Positions 47,354 to 56,206 are shown, counted from the first letter of the stretch. The stretch: DNA of 64,000 nt from Deltaproteobacteria bacterium (GCA_016927815.1 JAFGLY010000121.1:3016-67015), one strand, 5' to 3'. Notes: generated by a model not told the origin, from the letters alone. Numbers and translations are program-made.

Positions 47354-48166
47354 ATGCACCGCATCCTCCTTCCCCTCCTCCCCCTCCTGGCGGCCTGTTC
47401 GGAACTCGACCCCTACCTGCCTACCGTGACGTTCGATCGCCTGGACGTGAAGTCCGTCGACTGGGCGGAGATCAGCACGGACTTCGTGTTCCGGGTCGAC
47501 AACCCCAACCCCGTGGAGGTCCCGCTCGCGCGGTTCGACTACAGCCTCGTGCTGGGTGGCGTGGAGCTGTTGTCCGGCGACGATCCGGACGGCCTGGTGC
47601 TCCTGGCCAGCGACGCGAGCGAGCTGGCCCTCCCCGCGGATCTCGTGTTCGCCAGCGTCTACGAGACGGTCCAGGCGGTCCGGGGCGACGACGCGGTTCC
47701 GTTCGTGCTGTCCGGGTCCTTCGGATTCGACACGCCCGTGGGCCAGGTCGACGTGCCCTACGATGCGGACGGCGACTTCCCAGCTTTGAGAACGCCCGCC
47801 ATCGACCTCGGCACGCTCCGGGTCACGAACCTCTCGGTCACCGAGATCGACCTGGGCCTCGATCTCCACATCGACAACGATCACGGCTCCACGCTCTGGT
47901 TCCAGGACTTCGACTACACGGTCTCTCTCGCGGGCACCCAGGCTGCGGAGGGCCTGGTGGACCTGGGCGGCGTGGAGGGCGCGTCGCTGGAGACGGTGGA
48001 ACTGCCCATCACGATCGACAACCTCAGCGTGATCTCGGCCCTCTACGACGTCCTCACGGGGGATGCCGTCCAGGTCGGCCTCGACGCCGTCAGCAACGTG
48101 GACACCCCGTTCGGCATGGTGCCGCTCGCCGTGGACGAGAGCGGCAACGTCGACATCGGCGAGTAG
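47354..48166 (+). CDS. Lipoprotein with two LEA_2/WHy (late-embryogenesis-abundant type 2) domains
   Basis: ATG at 47354. Lipobox LLAAC. Two units of the pattern V.......L.V.....I....F.V.N.N...V.....DY.L.L.G. Confidence 0.65.
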   Translation: MHRILLPLLPLLAACSELDPYLPTVTFDRLDVKSVDWAEISTDFVFRVDNPNPVEVPLARFDYSLVLGGVELLSGDDPDGLVLLASDASELALPADLVFASVYETVQAVRGDDAVPFVLSGSFGFDTPVGQVDVPYDADGDFPALRTPAIDLGTLRVTNLSVTEIDLGLDLHIDNDHGSTLWFQDFDYTVSLAGTQAAEGLVDLGGVEGASLETVELPITIDNLSVISALYDVLTGDAVQVGLDAVSNVDTPFGMVPLAVDESGNVDIGE

Positions 48167-48225
48167 CGCCTCCCGTTTGGGGAGCCTGCCGGGCACGGCG
48201 CAGGCGACCGGGGCGAGCCCTCCGT

Positions 48226-48876
48226 TCAGGTCACCAGCCGGAGCCGCGGAGGTTCGGCGGGCTCGGCCGGGGCGACCGGAGGCTCCGGGAGGAACACGAC
48301 CTGCTCGATCGCGGACCAGGGGAAGACGCAGGTGTACACGCCGTCGAAGGACAGGCGGAGCTCCACCCCCTCGGGAAGATACCGTGCCCGGTTGTATGGG
48401 TGGTACGCCGCTTCCAATCGAATCGGGACTCGCTGTGGGAACCGGTCGAGGACCGCGCGCGGGACGCCGCTCGTGCGGAGGTCGGCGGTGCGGGCGTGGA
48501 AGAGCATGTCGATGCCGCAGGCGAACCCCAGGCGAAGGCACTGCTCGGCCTGTATGCCGTCGGGATCGGGGGCCCAAAGCGCTGCGCCCTCCGGCTGGAG
48601 GGGCGTGGCGATCTCGGGCCCCGCGTCGTCGGGTGCCCCTCGATCCTCGGCTGCCAGCCCGGCCGGAAGGCCCATCTCCTCGGGAGTGAACTGCATGGCC
48701 TCGACCATGGCTGAGAACGCATCCACCGTCAACGGCACGCGACCTGCCAGGATCTGGCGGAGCCGGGGGCGCTCCACCCCAATCTTCGAGGCCAGCACGG
48801 CCGTGTTCCATCCGCGGCGCTTCAGGCCCTCCCGGATCCGGGCGAGGAGGAGCTCGCTCTGGCGGGCGTCGGTCAT
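48226..48876 (-). CDS. XRE-type HTH protein with SspB-like C-terminal domain (tentative)
   Basis: ATG at 48876. 216 aa. HTH region: LKRRGWNTAVLASKIGVERPRLRQILAGRVPLTVD. C-terminal GVPRAVLDRFPQRVPIRLEAAYHPYNRARYLPEGVELRLSFDGVYTCVFPWSAIEQVVF resembles the SspB substrate-binding fold. The tail ends ...PPRLRLVT. Confidence 0.5.
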   Translation of the reverse strand: MTDARQSELLLARIREGLKRRGWNTAVLASKIGVERPRLRQILAGRVPLTVDAFSAMVEAMQFTPEEMGLPAGLAAEDRGAPDDAGPEIATPLQPEGAALWAPDPDGIQAEQCLRLGFACGIDMLFHARTADLRTSGVPRAVLDRFPQRVPIRLEAAYHPYNRARYLPEGVELRLSFDGVYTCVFPWSAIEQVVFLPEPPVAPAEPAEPPRLRLVT

Positions 48877-48905
48877 GGGGATCTCCCGGGATTCGGGCGG
48901 GCGTC

Positions 48906-49523
48906 TCACTTGTTGACGTTCACCGTGGCGCCCTTCCAGTTCTGCAGGGCGCTCGCTTCCAGCGTCGCCATGATCCCGGCCCCGGCCACGACGTCCGACC
49001 CCGCGTCGATCGAGACCGACTTGGACGCCTTGAGCTCGAAGTCCATGCACTTGAGGGAGATCTTCTGGGACGCCTCGTGCGTGAGTTCCTCGTCGGCGGT
49101 GGCGGTGAGTGTCGAGGCCGGCGCGTCGAGGACGACGGAGACCGTCTCGTTACAGGCGACGACCTCGATCTTCTCGGAGCCTTGCGTGTCGTCGAAGGTC
49201 GCCTCGTGGCCGGAGCGGGAGTGGAACGTACGCAGGGTGTTGTCCCCGTCTTCGTTTCCATACGGCGGCGTGTCCTCGCCGTTGTGGAGGGCACCCAGCA
49301 CGTAGGGCGTGAGCGTCTGGTAGGCGAAGCCCACCAGGACCTCGGTCCCGATCTCCGGGAGGACCACCATGCCACGGTCCTTCCCGGCCATCGGTCGGAT
49401 CGTGCGGGCCCAGCACGACTCCACGGGCGGGTCGCTGTCCACCGGGTACTCCACCTTGATCCGGCCGAGGTTCTCCGGGTCCTTGTTGTCGGTCACGATG
49501 CCGACGACCACTCCGGGGATCAT
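48906..49523 (-). CDS. Phage baseplate protein V / gp5-VgrG-type spike protein (OB fold + beta-helix), paralogue 2
   Basis: ATG at 49523. 205 aa. GIVTDNKDPENLGRIKVEYP...WARTIRPMAGKDRGMVVLPEIGTEVLVGF...GALHNG, then a repetitive beta-strand C-terminus. The upstream 242 codons of the 447-aa ORF were rejected. Confidence 0.7.
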   Translation of the reverse strand: MIPGVVVGIVTDNKDPENLGRIKVEYPVDSDPPVESCWARTIRPMAGKDRGMVVLPEIGTEVLVGFAYQTLTPYVLGALHNGEDTPPYGNEDGDNTLRTFHSRSGHEATFDDTQGSEKIEVVACNETVSVVLDAPASTLTATADEELTHEASQKISLKCMDFELKASKSVSIDAGSDVVAGAGIMATLEASALQNWKGATVNVNK

Positions 49524-49534
49524 GGGTGCACCCG

Positions 49535-50191
49535 CTAGTTGATGTTGACGATGGAGCCCTTGGCGGTGAGCGTAGTCCCGGCCTCCACGTCGAGGTTGGC
49601 GCCGGCCTTCAGCTTCAGGTTCGTGCCGGCGTCGATGGAGACCGCGCCGTCGGCCTTGAGCTCGAAGTCGGCGCACTTGAGGGCGATCTTGCTTCCTGCC
49701 TCCAGGACGATGTCCTTCTGGGTCTGGACCGAGAGCGTGTTGGCCGAGGCGTCCAGCACGACCCGGACGCCCTCGTCGGGTGTGACGAGCTCGATCTTCT
49801 CGGCACCGTCCGTGTCGTCGAAGGTCAGCTTGTGGCCGGATCGGGACTTGAACACGCGGAGGTTGTTGTCTCCGTCCTCGTTCGCGTACGGCGGCGTGTC
49901 CTTCCCGTTGTGGAGGGAGCCCAGCACCACGGCGTGGTTGATGTCTCCGTGGACGAACGCCACGAGGACCTCGTCGTCGATCTCCGGGATCGCGACCCAC
50001 CCCCGGTCCTGTCCGGCCATGGGCGTGACCACGCGGGCCCAGAAGGACTCGGGCATGTCGGGCAGGGTGGGGAACTTGACCTTCACGCGGCCCAGGTGGT
50101 TCGGGTCCTCGTTGTCGGTGACGAGCGCCTCCACGAGCCCGGGCATCTGGCCGGAGAACGGCCGGCCGAGCCGGTCGGTGACCTTGGGCAC
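49535..50191 (-). CDS. Phage baseplate protein V / gp5-VgrG-type spike protein (OB fold + beta-helix), paralogue 1
   Basis: GTG at 50191, 5 nt after AGGAGG. 218 aa. ALVTDNEDPNHLGRVKVKFP...WARVVTPMAGQDRGWVAIPEIDDEVLVAF...GSLHNG. C-terminal IALKCADFELKADGAVSIDAGTNLKLKAGANLDVEAG. Confidence 0.7.
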   Translation of the reverse strand: MPKVTDRLGRPFSGQMPGLVEALVTDNEDPNHLGRVKVKFPTLPDMPESFWARVVTPMAGQDRGWVAIPEIDDEVLVAFVHGDINHAVVLGSLHNGKDTPPYANEDGDNNLRVFKSRSGHKLTFDDTDGAEKIELVTPDEGVRVVLDASANTLSVQTQKDIVLEAGSKIALKCADFELKADGAVSIDAGTNLKLKAGANLDVEAGTTLTAKGSIVNIN

Positions 50192-50219
50192 GAGAACCTC
50201 CTGGGCCAGGGACCGGGTG

Positions 50220-50249
50220 AGTATAGCGGGCGGGTGGCAGGGGGGTCAA
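50220..50249 (-). promoter_or_regulatory. Sigma70-type promoter TTGACC-18-TATACT for the spike operon
   Basis: The minus strand reads TTGACCcccctgccacccgcccgcTATACT. The -10 box ends 28 nt upstream of GTG 50191. Confidence 0.55.
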
Positions 50250-50255
50250 AAGACC

Positions 50256-50284
50256 TTGACCCGCGGCGCGAGCACGAGTAGAGT
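50256..50284 (+). promoter_or_regulatory. Sigma70-type promoter TTGACC-17-TAGAGT for the tetR-ABC operon
   Basis: TTGACC at 50256-50261, a 17-nt spacer, then TAGAGT at 50279-50284. It is immediately followed by the palindromic operator. Confidence 0.55.
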
Positions 50285-50286
50285 CC

Positions 50287-50309
50287 TACCGACCGACCGT
50301 CGGTCGGTA
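50287..50309. promoter_or_regulatory. Perfect 23-nt palindrome TACCGACCGAC-C-GTCGGTCGGTA, candidate TetR operator
   Basis: The 11-nt arms are exact reverse complements. It sits between the -10 box and the tetR ATG (50321). Confidence 0.6.
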
Positions 50310-50320
50310 ACCGAGACCGC

Positions 50321-51010
50321 ATGACCCATCCCCGCCACTCCGGTCCCGCACGACGCGACGAGATCCTCGACGTGGCCCGTCGGCTCTTCATGACTCGGGG
50401 CTACGAGCACACCTCTATCCAGTCGATCATCGCCGAAGTCAGAATCGCCAAAGGTACCTTCTACCACCATTTCCAATCCAAGGAGGGTCTGCTCGAGGCC
50501 CTCGTGGATCGCCTGCAGGTGGAGGGTACCGCGCTGCTCGCGCCGGTACTGGACGACCCCTCGCTCGACGCTCCCTCGAGGCTGCGTACCGTGTTCACCC
50601 GGGTCGGCGCCTGGAAGACCCTGCAGCGCGACCTGTTCGCCGACCTCGGGCGGACGCTCTACGCTCCGGCCAACGCCGCGCTCCTGGCCCGGCTCACCGC
50701 CGCCACCCTCGACGCCATGGATCCGGTGCTCGCACGGATCCTGGAGGAGGGCGCGGCCCAGGGCGCGTTCCAGGTCACCGACGCACCGAACACCGCACGC
50801 ATCGTCACCCGGATCGGGGTCTCGCTGGCCGAGGTCTTCGGCCAGCGCCTCCTCGCCGGGGATCGCGGACCTGGGGTGGTGGCGGATCTTTGCGCCACCT
50901 GCAGGGCGCACCACGAGGCCATCGAGCGCGTGCTCGGCGCACGCCCCGGTTCGCTCTGCCTGATCGACGACGCCGTGCTCAATCCCTGGTTCGACCCGGA
51001 GGCTCCATGA
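50321..51010 (+). CDS. TetR/AcrR-family transcriptional regulator
   Basis: 229 aa. N-terminal HTH RRDEILDVARRLFMTRGYEHTSIQSIIAEVRIAKGTFYHHFQSKE. Confidence 0.9.
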   Translation: MTHPRHSGPARRDEILDVARRLFMTRGYEHTSIQSIIAEVRIAKGTFYHHFQSKEGLLEALVDRLQVEGTALLAPVLDDPSLDAPSRLRTVFTRVGAWKTLQRDLFADLGRTLYAPANAALLARLTAATLDAMDPVLARILEEGAAQGAFQVTDAPNTARIVTRIGVSLAEVFGQRLLAGDRGPGVVADLCATCRAHHEAIERVLGARPGSLCLIDDAVLNPWFDPEAP

Positions 51011-52227
51011 ACCTGTTCGTCATGGCGTGGCGCAACATCTGGCGGAACCAGCGCCGTACGCTGGTCACGGTCGCCGCCATGGGCCTCGCGCTCTTCGTGG
51101 AGCTCGTCTACTCGGGGCTCATCCAGGGCATCCTCGAGAACATGCAGGACGACTTCATCGAGCTGGAGACGGGCCACCTGCAGGTGCACACGCCGGCCTT
51201 CCTGGATCAGCCGTCCCTGCACGAGTTCCTGCCCGACGCCGAGGCCATCCTGGCCAGGATCGACGACCTGGGGTACCCGGCCGCGCCCCGCCTGATCGGC
51301 GGAGGTCTCGCCGCCTCCGGGGAGTTCTCCTCGGGCGTCACGCTCCGGGGCCTCGACCCCGCGCGGGAGTCCGGGATCACCCGCCTGGCGGCGCACGTCC
51401 AGGAAGGGGTCTGGCTCGATCCAGCCGACCCCAAGGGCGTCGTGGTGGGCCGGGGGCTCGCCCGCACCCTCTCCTTGGGCATCGGCGGCGAGCTGATCGT
51501 GCTCTCCCAGGGCACCGACGGCAGCGTGTGCAACGACCTCTACACGGTCCGGGGCGTGCTCGGGAGCGTGGCCTCGGGCACCGATCGGGGCACGGTCTTC
51601 ATGCTCGCCGACGCGTTCCGCGAACTCCTGGTCCTGCCCGACGGCGCCCACGAGATCGTCGTGCGTCGGCCGCCCGAGGTCACGCTGGACGACGCCAAGG
51701 CTGCGGTGGAGGGCGTGGCCGGCGAAGGGGCACGGGTCATGACCTGGCGCGAGATCCAGCCCGTGGTCGGGCAGATGCTGGACTCCACCGAGGCCATGAT
51801 GACCGTCATCTACCTCATCCTGTACCTGGCGGTGGCCATTCTCGTGCTCAACGCCATGCTCATGGCCGTCTTCGAGCGGATCCGCGAGTTCGGCGTGCTC
51901 AAGGCCATCGGAGCGGGGCCTTTCCGCGTGTTCGGCCTCATCCTGGTGGAAAGCCTGCTCCAGGCGGCCCTGGCCACGGTCGTCGGAGGCGCGCTGGCCG
52001 CTCCCGCCATCTGGTTCATGGCCACCCGCGGCATCGATGTCGGGGCCATCGGCGGGATCGACATGATGGGCGTGGCCCTGCGCCCGATCTGGCAGGGGAT
52101 CTACACCCCTCAAAACCTGCGCCTCCCCGTCATCCTGCTCTTCGTGATCGTGACCCTGGCGGTGCTCTACCCGGCGCTGAAAGCCGCCCGGATCCAGCCC
52201 GTCCAGGCCATGCGGCAGAATCGATAG
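51007..52227 (+). CDS. ABC transporter permease, FtsX/MacB/LolC-E type
   Basis: ATG overlaps the tetR stop (ATGA). N-terminal AWRNIWRNQRRTLVT, a large periplasmic loop, and the C-terminal FtsX motif ERIREFGVLKAIG. 406 aa. Confidence 0.85.
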   Translation: MNLFVMAWRNIWRNQRRTLVTVAAMGLALFVELVYSGLIQGILENMQDDFIELETGHLQVHTPAFLDQPSLHEFLPDAEAILARIDDLGYPAAPRLIGGGLAASGEFSSGVTLRGLDPARESGITRLAAHVQEGVWLDPADPKGVVVGRGLARTLSLGIGGELIVLSQGTDGSVCNDLYTVRGVLGSVASGTDRGTVFMLADAFRELLVLPDGAHEIVVRRPPEVTLDDAKAAVEGVAGEGARVMTWREIQPVVGQMLDSTEAMMTVIYLILYLAVAILVLNAMLMAVFERIREFGVLKAIGAGPFRVFGLILVESLLQAALATVVGGALAAPAIWFMATRGIDVGAIGGIDMMGVALRPIWQGIYTPQNLRLPVILLFVIVTLAVLYPALKAARIQPVQAMRQNR

Positions 52228-52240
52228 GAAGGAGGCATCC

Positions 52241-53491
52241 ATGCGTGGACCCGCCCTGTACGTCCTGGCCTGGCGCAACCTGTGGCGACACCGGCTGCGC
52301 ACGGCCCTGACGCTCGTGGCGATCGCCTTCGGAGGCTTCTTCGCCGTGATCATGACCGCCACCCACGACCGCTCCTTCGCGGACTTCGTCGACACCGCGG
52401 CGCGCCTGGGATCCGGTCACGTGGCGATCCAGCACCCGGACTACGCGGACAGGCCCACGCTGGCCCACACCGTCCGGGGCACCGACGAGAAGCGGGCCGT
52501 GGCCGAGTCCGATCCTCGGGTGTCCACGGCCGTGGAGCGCACCTCGGGCACGACCATGCTCTCCACGACCGAGGACAGCTTCGGCGCCCTGTTCATCGCC
52601 TTCGACCCCACGGCGGAGACCGAGCAGACCATGCGGTTCCGGGACGCGGTGGTGGCCGGGGAGATGTTCCCTACGGCCGACGCGAAGGGGATCGTGCTTG
52701 GCAGCACGCTCGCGAAGAACCTCGGGGCGACGCTCGGCGACAAGATCGTGTACACCCTGACCGACCGGCACGGCGAGATCGTGGCCGGCATGGAGCGTCT
52801 CTCGGGCATCCTCACCACCCACACGCCCAGTCTCGACGTGGGCCTGGCCCTGCTGCCCCTCGGCACCGTGCGCCAGGCGTTGGGCTACGGGCCCGAGGAG
52901 GCCACCCAGGTCGCGGTGTTCCTCTCGGATTCCCGGCAGACGCACAAGGTGGCCAAGCGCCTCGTGCCCCTGATCCCAGACGCAGCGGTCCTCACCTGGG
53001 ATCGGGTCATGCCCGAGATCCGCTCGTTCATCGCCATGAAGATCGGAGGCGGCCGGTTCATGGCCGTCGTCGTCGCGATCCTCGTCTGTGCCGGCATCTT
53101 CAACACCCTCTTCGTCTCGGTCCTGGAGCGCATGCGCGAGTTCGGGATCCTCCGGGCCCTGGGGTACTCCTCGGGACAGCTCTTCCGCCTCGTGATGTGG
53201 GAGAGCGCGTGGCTCGCGCTCCTGGGCATCGTCGCCGGCACGATCCTGACGGTGCCGGTCTACCTCCCTCTCGCGAAGAACGGCATCGACCTCACGGAGG
53301 TCTACACCTCCGGCGGGCAGGCCCTGGAGGTCGCGGGCGTCGGCTTCGACATGGTGCTGCGCATCGGCATCTTCCCCGAGCACGTCCTGTTCATCGCCCT
53401 CTGCATCGTCTTCGCCACCCTGGCAGCCGGCCTCTACCCCGCGTGGAGGGTCGGGCACGTCGAACCCGTCGAAAGCATCAAGCTGGTGTGA
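52241..53491 (+). CDS. ABC transporter permease, FtsX/MacB/LolC-E type
   Basis: 416 aa. AWRNLWRHRLRTALT. ERMREFGILRALG. C-terminal PAWRVGHVEPVESIK. Confidence 0.85.
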   Translation: MRGPALYVLAWRNLWRHRLRTALTLVAIAFGGFFAVIMTATHDRSFADFVDTAARLGSGHVAIQHPDYADRPTLAHTVRGTDEKRAVAESDPRVSTAVERTSGTTMLSTTEDSFGALFIAFDPTAETEQTMRFRDAVVAGEMFPTADAKGIVLGSTLAKNLGATLGDKIVYTLTDRHGEIVAGMERLSGILTTHTPSLDVGLALLPLGTVRQALGYGPEEATQVAVFLSDSRQTHKVAKRLVPLIPDAAVLTWDRVMPEIRSFIAMKIGGGRFMAVVVAILVCAGIFNTLFVSVLERMREFGILRALGYSSGQLFRLVMWESAWLALLGIVAGTILTVPVYLPLAKNGIDLTEVYTSGGQALEVAGVGFDMVLRIGIFPEHVLFIALCIVFATLAAGLYPAWRVGHVEPVESIKLV

Positions 53492-53492
53492 C

Positions 53493-54200
53493 ATGAACGA
53501 GAACGGAACCATCGTCGAACTCGAGGGCGTCACCAAGGTCTACCGGCAGGGCACCGTGGACGTGCACGCCCTGCGCGGGCTCGATCTCCGCATCGGCCGG
53601 GGCGAGTTCGTGGCCATCTGCGGGCCCTCCGGGTCGGGCAAGACCACGGCCCTCAACCTCATGGGGGCGCTGGACCGGCCCACCTCCGGGACCATCCGCC
53701 TGGAAGGCCGTGACCTGGGCGGCCTGTCCCGCCGCGAGCTGGCACGCCTGCGCCGGGACCGCATCGGCTTTGTGTTCCAGGCCTACAACCTCATCCCCGT
53801 GCTCTCGGCCCTCGAGAACGCCGAGTCGGTGCTGGTCCTGAAGGGCGTGCCCTCGGCCGAGCGCCATGCGAAGGTCCAGGCGATCCTCGCGGCGGTGGGG
53901 CTCGAGGGGCTGGAGCACCGACGTCCCAACCAGATGTCCGGCGGGCAACAGCAGCGGGTCGCCATCGCCCGGGCCATCGCCTCGGATCCGGCCGTGGTGC
54001 TGGCCGACGAGCCGACGGCCAACGTGGACTCCGAGACCGCCGAACGGCTCCTGGACCTCATGACCCGCTTGAACCGGGACCAGGGGGTCACCTTCGTATT
54101 CTCCACCCACGACCCTCGCGTCATGGGCTACGCGCGCCGCCTGGTGACCCTGGTCGACGGCCGCGTGGCCTCCGACGCTTCCAAGGAGGCCGTCGCATGA
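53493..54200 (+). CDS. ABC transporter ATP-binding protein (LolD/MacB-ATPase type)
   Basis: 235 aa. Walker A GPSGSGKTT, signature MSGGQQQRVAIARA, Walker B VVLADEPT. Confidence 0.95.
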   Translation: MNENGTIVELEGVTKVYRQGTVDVHALRGLDLRIGRGEFVAICGPSGSGKTTALNLMGALDRPTSGTIRLEGRDLGGLSRRELARLRRDRIGFVFQAYNLIPVLSALENAESVLVLKGVPSAERHAKVQAILAAVGLEGLEHRRPNQMSGGQQQRVAIARAIASDPAVVLADEPTANVDSETAERLLDLMTRLNRDQGVTFVFSTHDPRVMGYARRLVTLVDGRVASDASKEAVA

Positions 54201-54970
54201 TCTCCTTCCGCGCCGTCTGTCGTCTCGCCCTCGTGGCCATTTCCCTGTTGCTCGTCTCGGGCCCGGCATTCCCGGCCGGCGCGGACGAGGCCAAGGCCCG
54301 CGAACTCCTCGACCGCACCGACGACCTCCACCGAGGCACCTCCAGCCACGGCACGATCACGATGCACGTGAAGACCGCCCGCTACGAGCGCAGGCTCACC
54401 ATGGAGATCTGGTCCCGCGGGGAGGAGGCCTCGCTCGTGGTCATCCAGGCGCCGCCCAAGGAGGCGGGCACCGCCACGCTCATGGTGGGCGAGGACATCT
54501 GGAACTACCTGCCCAAGGTGGATCGGACCATGAAGGTTCCGGCCTCCATGCGCTCCGGCACCTGGATGGGGAGCCACTTCACGAACGACGACCTCGTGAA
54601 GGAGTCCCGGATGGCCGACGATTACACGTTCGCCATCACCGCCACGCCCGAGACGGATCCCCAGAAGCACTGGGTGATCGAGTGCATCCCCAAACCCGAC
54701 GCCGCCGTGGTGTGGGGCAGGGTGGTGGTGCGGATCCGGGCTTCGGACGAGCTGCCGGTCCAGGTCACCTACTGGGACGAGAAGGGCGCGCTCAAGCGCA
54801 CCATGACCTTCGAGGACGTGCGGACCATCGGCGGGCGCACTCTGCCCGCCCGGATGCGGCTCGTCCCGACCGACAAACCCGACGAGTTCACCGAGGTCAC
54901 CTACGACGCGCTCGAGTTCGACGTGTCCATCCCTGAATCCACCTTCACCCTCCAGGCCCTGAAGCGATAG
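54197..54970 (+). CDS. Outer-membrane lipoprotein-sorting protein (LolA-like fold)
   Basis: ATG overlaps the upstream stop. Signal peptide. The pattern A.ELLDRTDDL.RG.SS.G..TM.V.T..YER.L.ME.WS.GEE.SLV.I..P.KE.G.A.L......WNYLP is typical of the LolA_like family. Confidence 0.7.
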   Translation: MISFRAVCRLALVAISLLLVSGPAFPAGADEAKARELLDRTDDLHRGTSSHGTITMHVKTARYERRLTMEIWSRGEEASLVVIQAPPKEAGTATLMVGEDIWNYLPKVDRTMKVPASMRSGTWMGSHFTNDDLVKESRMADDYTFAITATPETDPQKHWVIECIPKPDAAVVWGRVVVRIRASDELPVQVTYWDEKGALKRTMTFEDVRTIGGRTLPARMRLVPTDKPDEFTEVTYDALEFDVSIPESTFTLQALKR

Positions 54971-56164
54971 GTGCCCGTGGCCCCGTCGTTCCTCCTGGGC
55001 CTTCTCGCGATGGCGCACGGTGCCACGCTCGACGTGGGCGGGCACGCCAAGACGTTCGTGCTCGCGGTCTGGCCCTACGAGCACCCGCTCCTGCCCCAGG
55101 ACCCTTTCGCCCAGAGCACGCTCTCGGGTCGCCTCACGCTGGCGCTGAGGCACGAGGAGTGGCTTCGGGTGGACGTCCACCCCGAGGTGTCGCTCCTGGC
55201 GGGCACCCTCTCCGGGTTCGGCAGCATCGCCACCGGCGTGGGCCAAGAGGCGCCCGAGGCCATCCCGCTCACCTGGGACCTCGAAGACAGCGACGCGCTC
55301 ATCGCCCGTCTCCGCGTGGACCGGGCAGCAGCCACCCTCGCCCGCCCCGGGTTCGAGGCCACACTGGGCCGCCAGCCGATCACGTTCGGCGAAGGCCGAC
55401 TCTTCACCCCACTGGACCTCGTGGCGCCGTTCACCCCAGCCACCCTGGACACCGAGTACAAGCCGGGCGTGGACGCGTTCCGGGCGGACCTCTTCTCGGG
55501 CACGTCCAGCGTGCTGACCGCGGTCGCCGCGTACCTGGGCGACTGGACGCCGGAGGGCTCCGCGCTCGCCCTCCACGGACGAACCACCCTGGCCTCCACG
55601 GACCTTGCGCTCTTTGCCGGCCTCGTCTACGGCGAGCCGGTGCTGGGCGCTTCCGCATCGGGCTCCATCGGACCCGTGGGCGTGTACGGCGACCTGGCGG
55701 CCACGATCACGGACGACGGCACCCAGGGCCGGGGCGTGCTGGGCCTGCTCTGGCGTCCCACCGACACGACGACGGTCATTGGCGAGGTCTACGGCCAGAG
55801 CTTCGGCAGCGGCGATCCAGACGAGTACCTCACCTTCGCAGTCGACGACCGCTGGATGAGGGGCGACCTGTGGCTCTACGGTCACGCCTACGCCGGCCTT
55901 TCGGTCGGGCAGGAGATCACCCCGCTCGTGAGCGCGAACGCGCTGGTCCTGGGCAACCTGCTCGACCCCAGCGCACTCGTGGGGGGCACGCTCGCGTGGT
56001 CCGCAGCCGAGGATGCCGACCTCGCCCTCGGGATCCTGGCGGGCGCGGGGCAGCGGCCGCACGAGCCGTCCTCGTGCGTCCCGCTCGAGGCGTGCCTCGG
56101 CGTCCGCTCCGAGTTCGGCCTGGTCCCGGTGGTCGGGTACCTCCAGACCCGGTTCTACTTCTAA
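54971..56164 (+). CDS. Outer-membrane beta-barrel protein (hypothetical), last gene of the tetR-ABC operon
   Basis: GTG directly after the upstream stop. Signal peptide FLLGLLAMAHG. 397 aa with alternating strands. C-terminal beta-signal ...GYLQTRFYF. Confidence 0.6.
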   Translation: MPVAPSFLLGLLAMAHGATLDVGGHAKTFVLAVWPYEHPLLPQDPFAQSTLSGRLTLALRHEEWLRVDVHPEVSLLAGTLSGFGSIATGVGQEAPEAIPLTWDLEDSDALIARLRVDRAAATLARPGFEATLGRQPITFGEGRLFTPLDLVAPFTPATLDTEYKPGVDAFRADLFSGTSSVLTAVAAYLGDWTPEGSALALHGRTTLASTDLALFAGLVYGEPVLGASASGSIGPVGVYGDLAATITDDGTQGRGVLGLLWRPTDTTTVIGEVYGQSFGSGDPDEYLTFAVDDRWMRGDLWLYGHAYAGLSVGQEITPLVSANALVLGNLLDPSALVGGTLAWSAAEDADLALGILAGAGQRPHEPSSCVPLEACLGVRSEFGLVPVVGYLQTRFYF

Positions 56165-56206
56165 ACGTCCCCCGTTCCAAGCGTTCGACCTACCTCAGGT
56201 TCCGTT

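Noticed and set aside
48226-50191. Prophage or tailocin remnant interpretation of the spike genes.
   Set aside because: No integrase, terminase, capsid, sheath, tube, tape-measure or lysis gene is visible on either side. There is no tRNA or att-like repeat, and GC and codon style match the surroundings. The pair is kept as an orphan operon, and only whole-genome context can settle the question.
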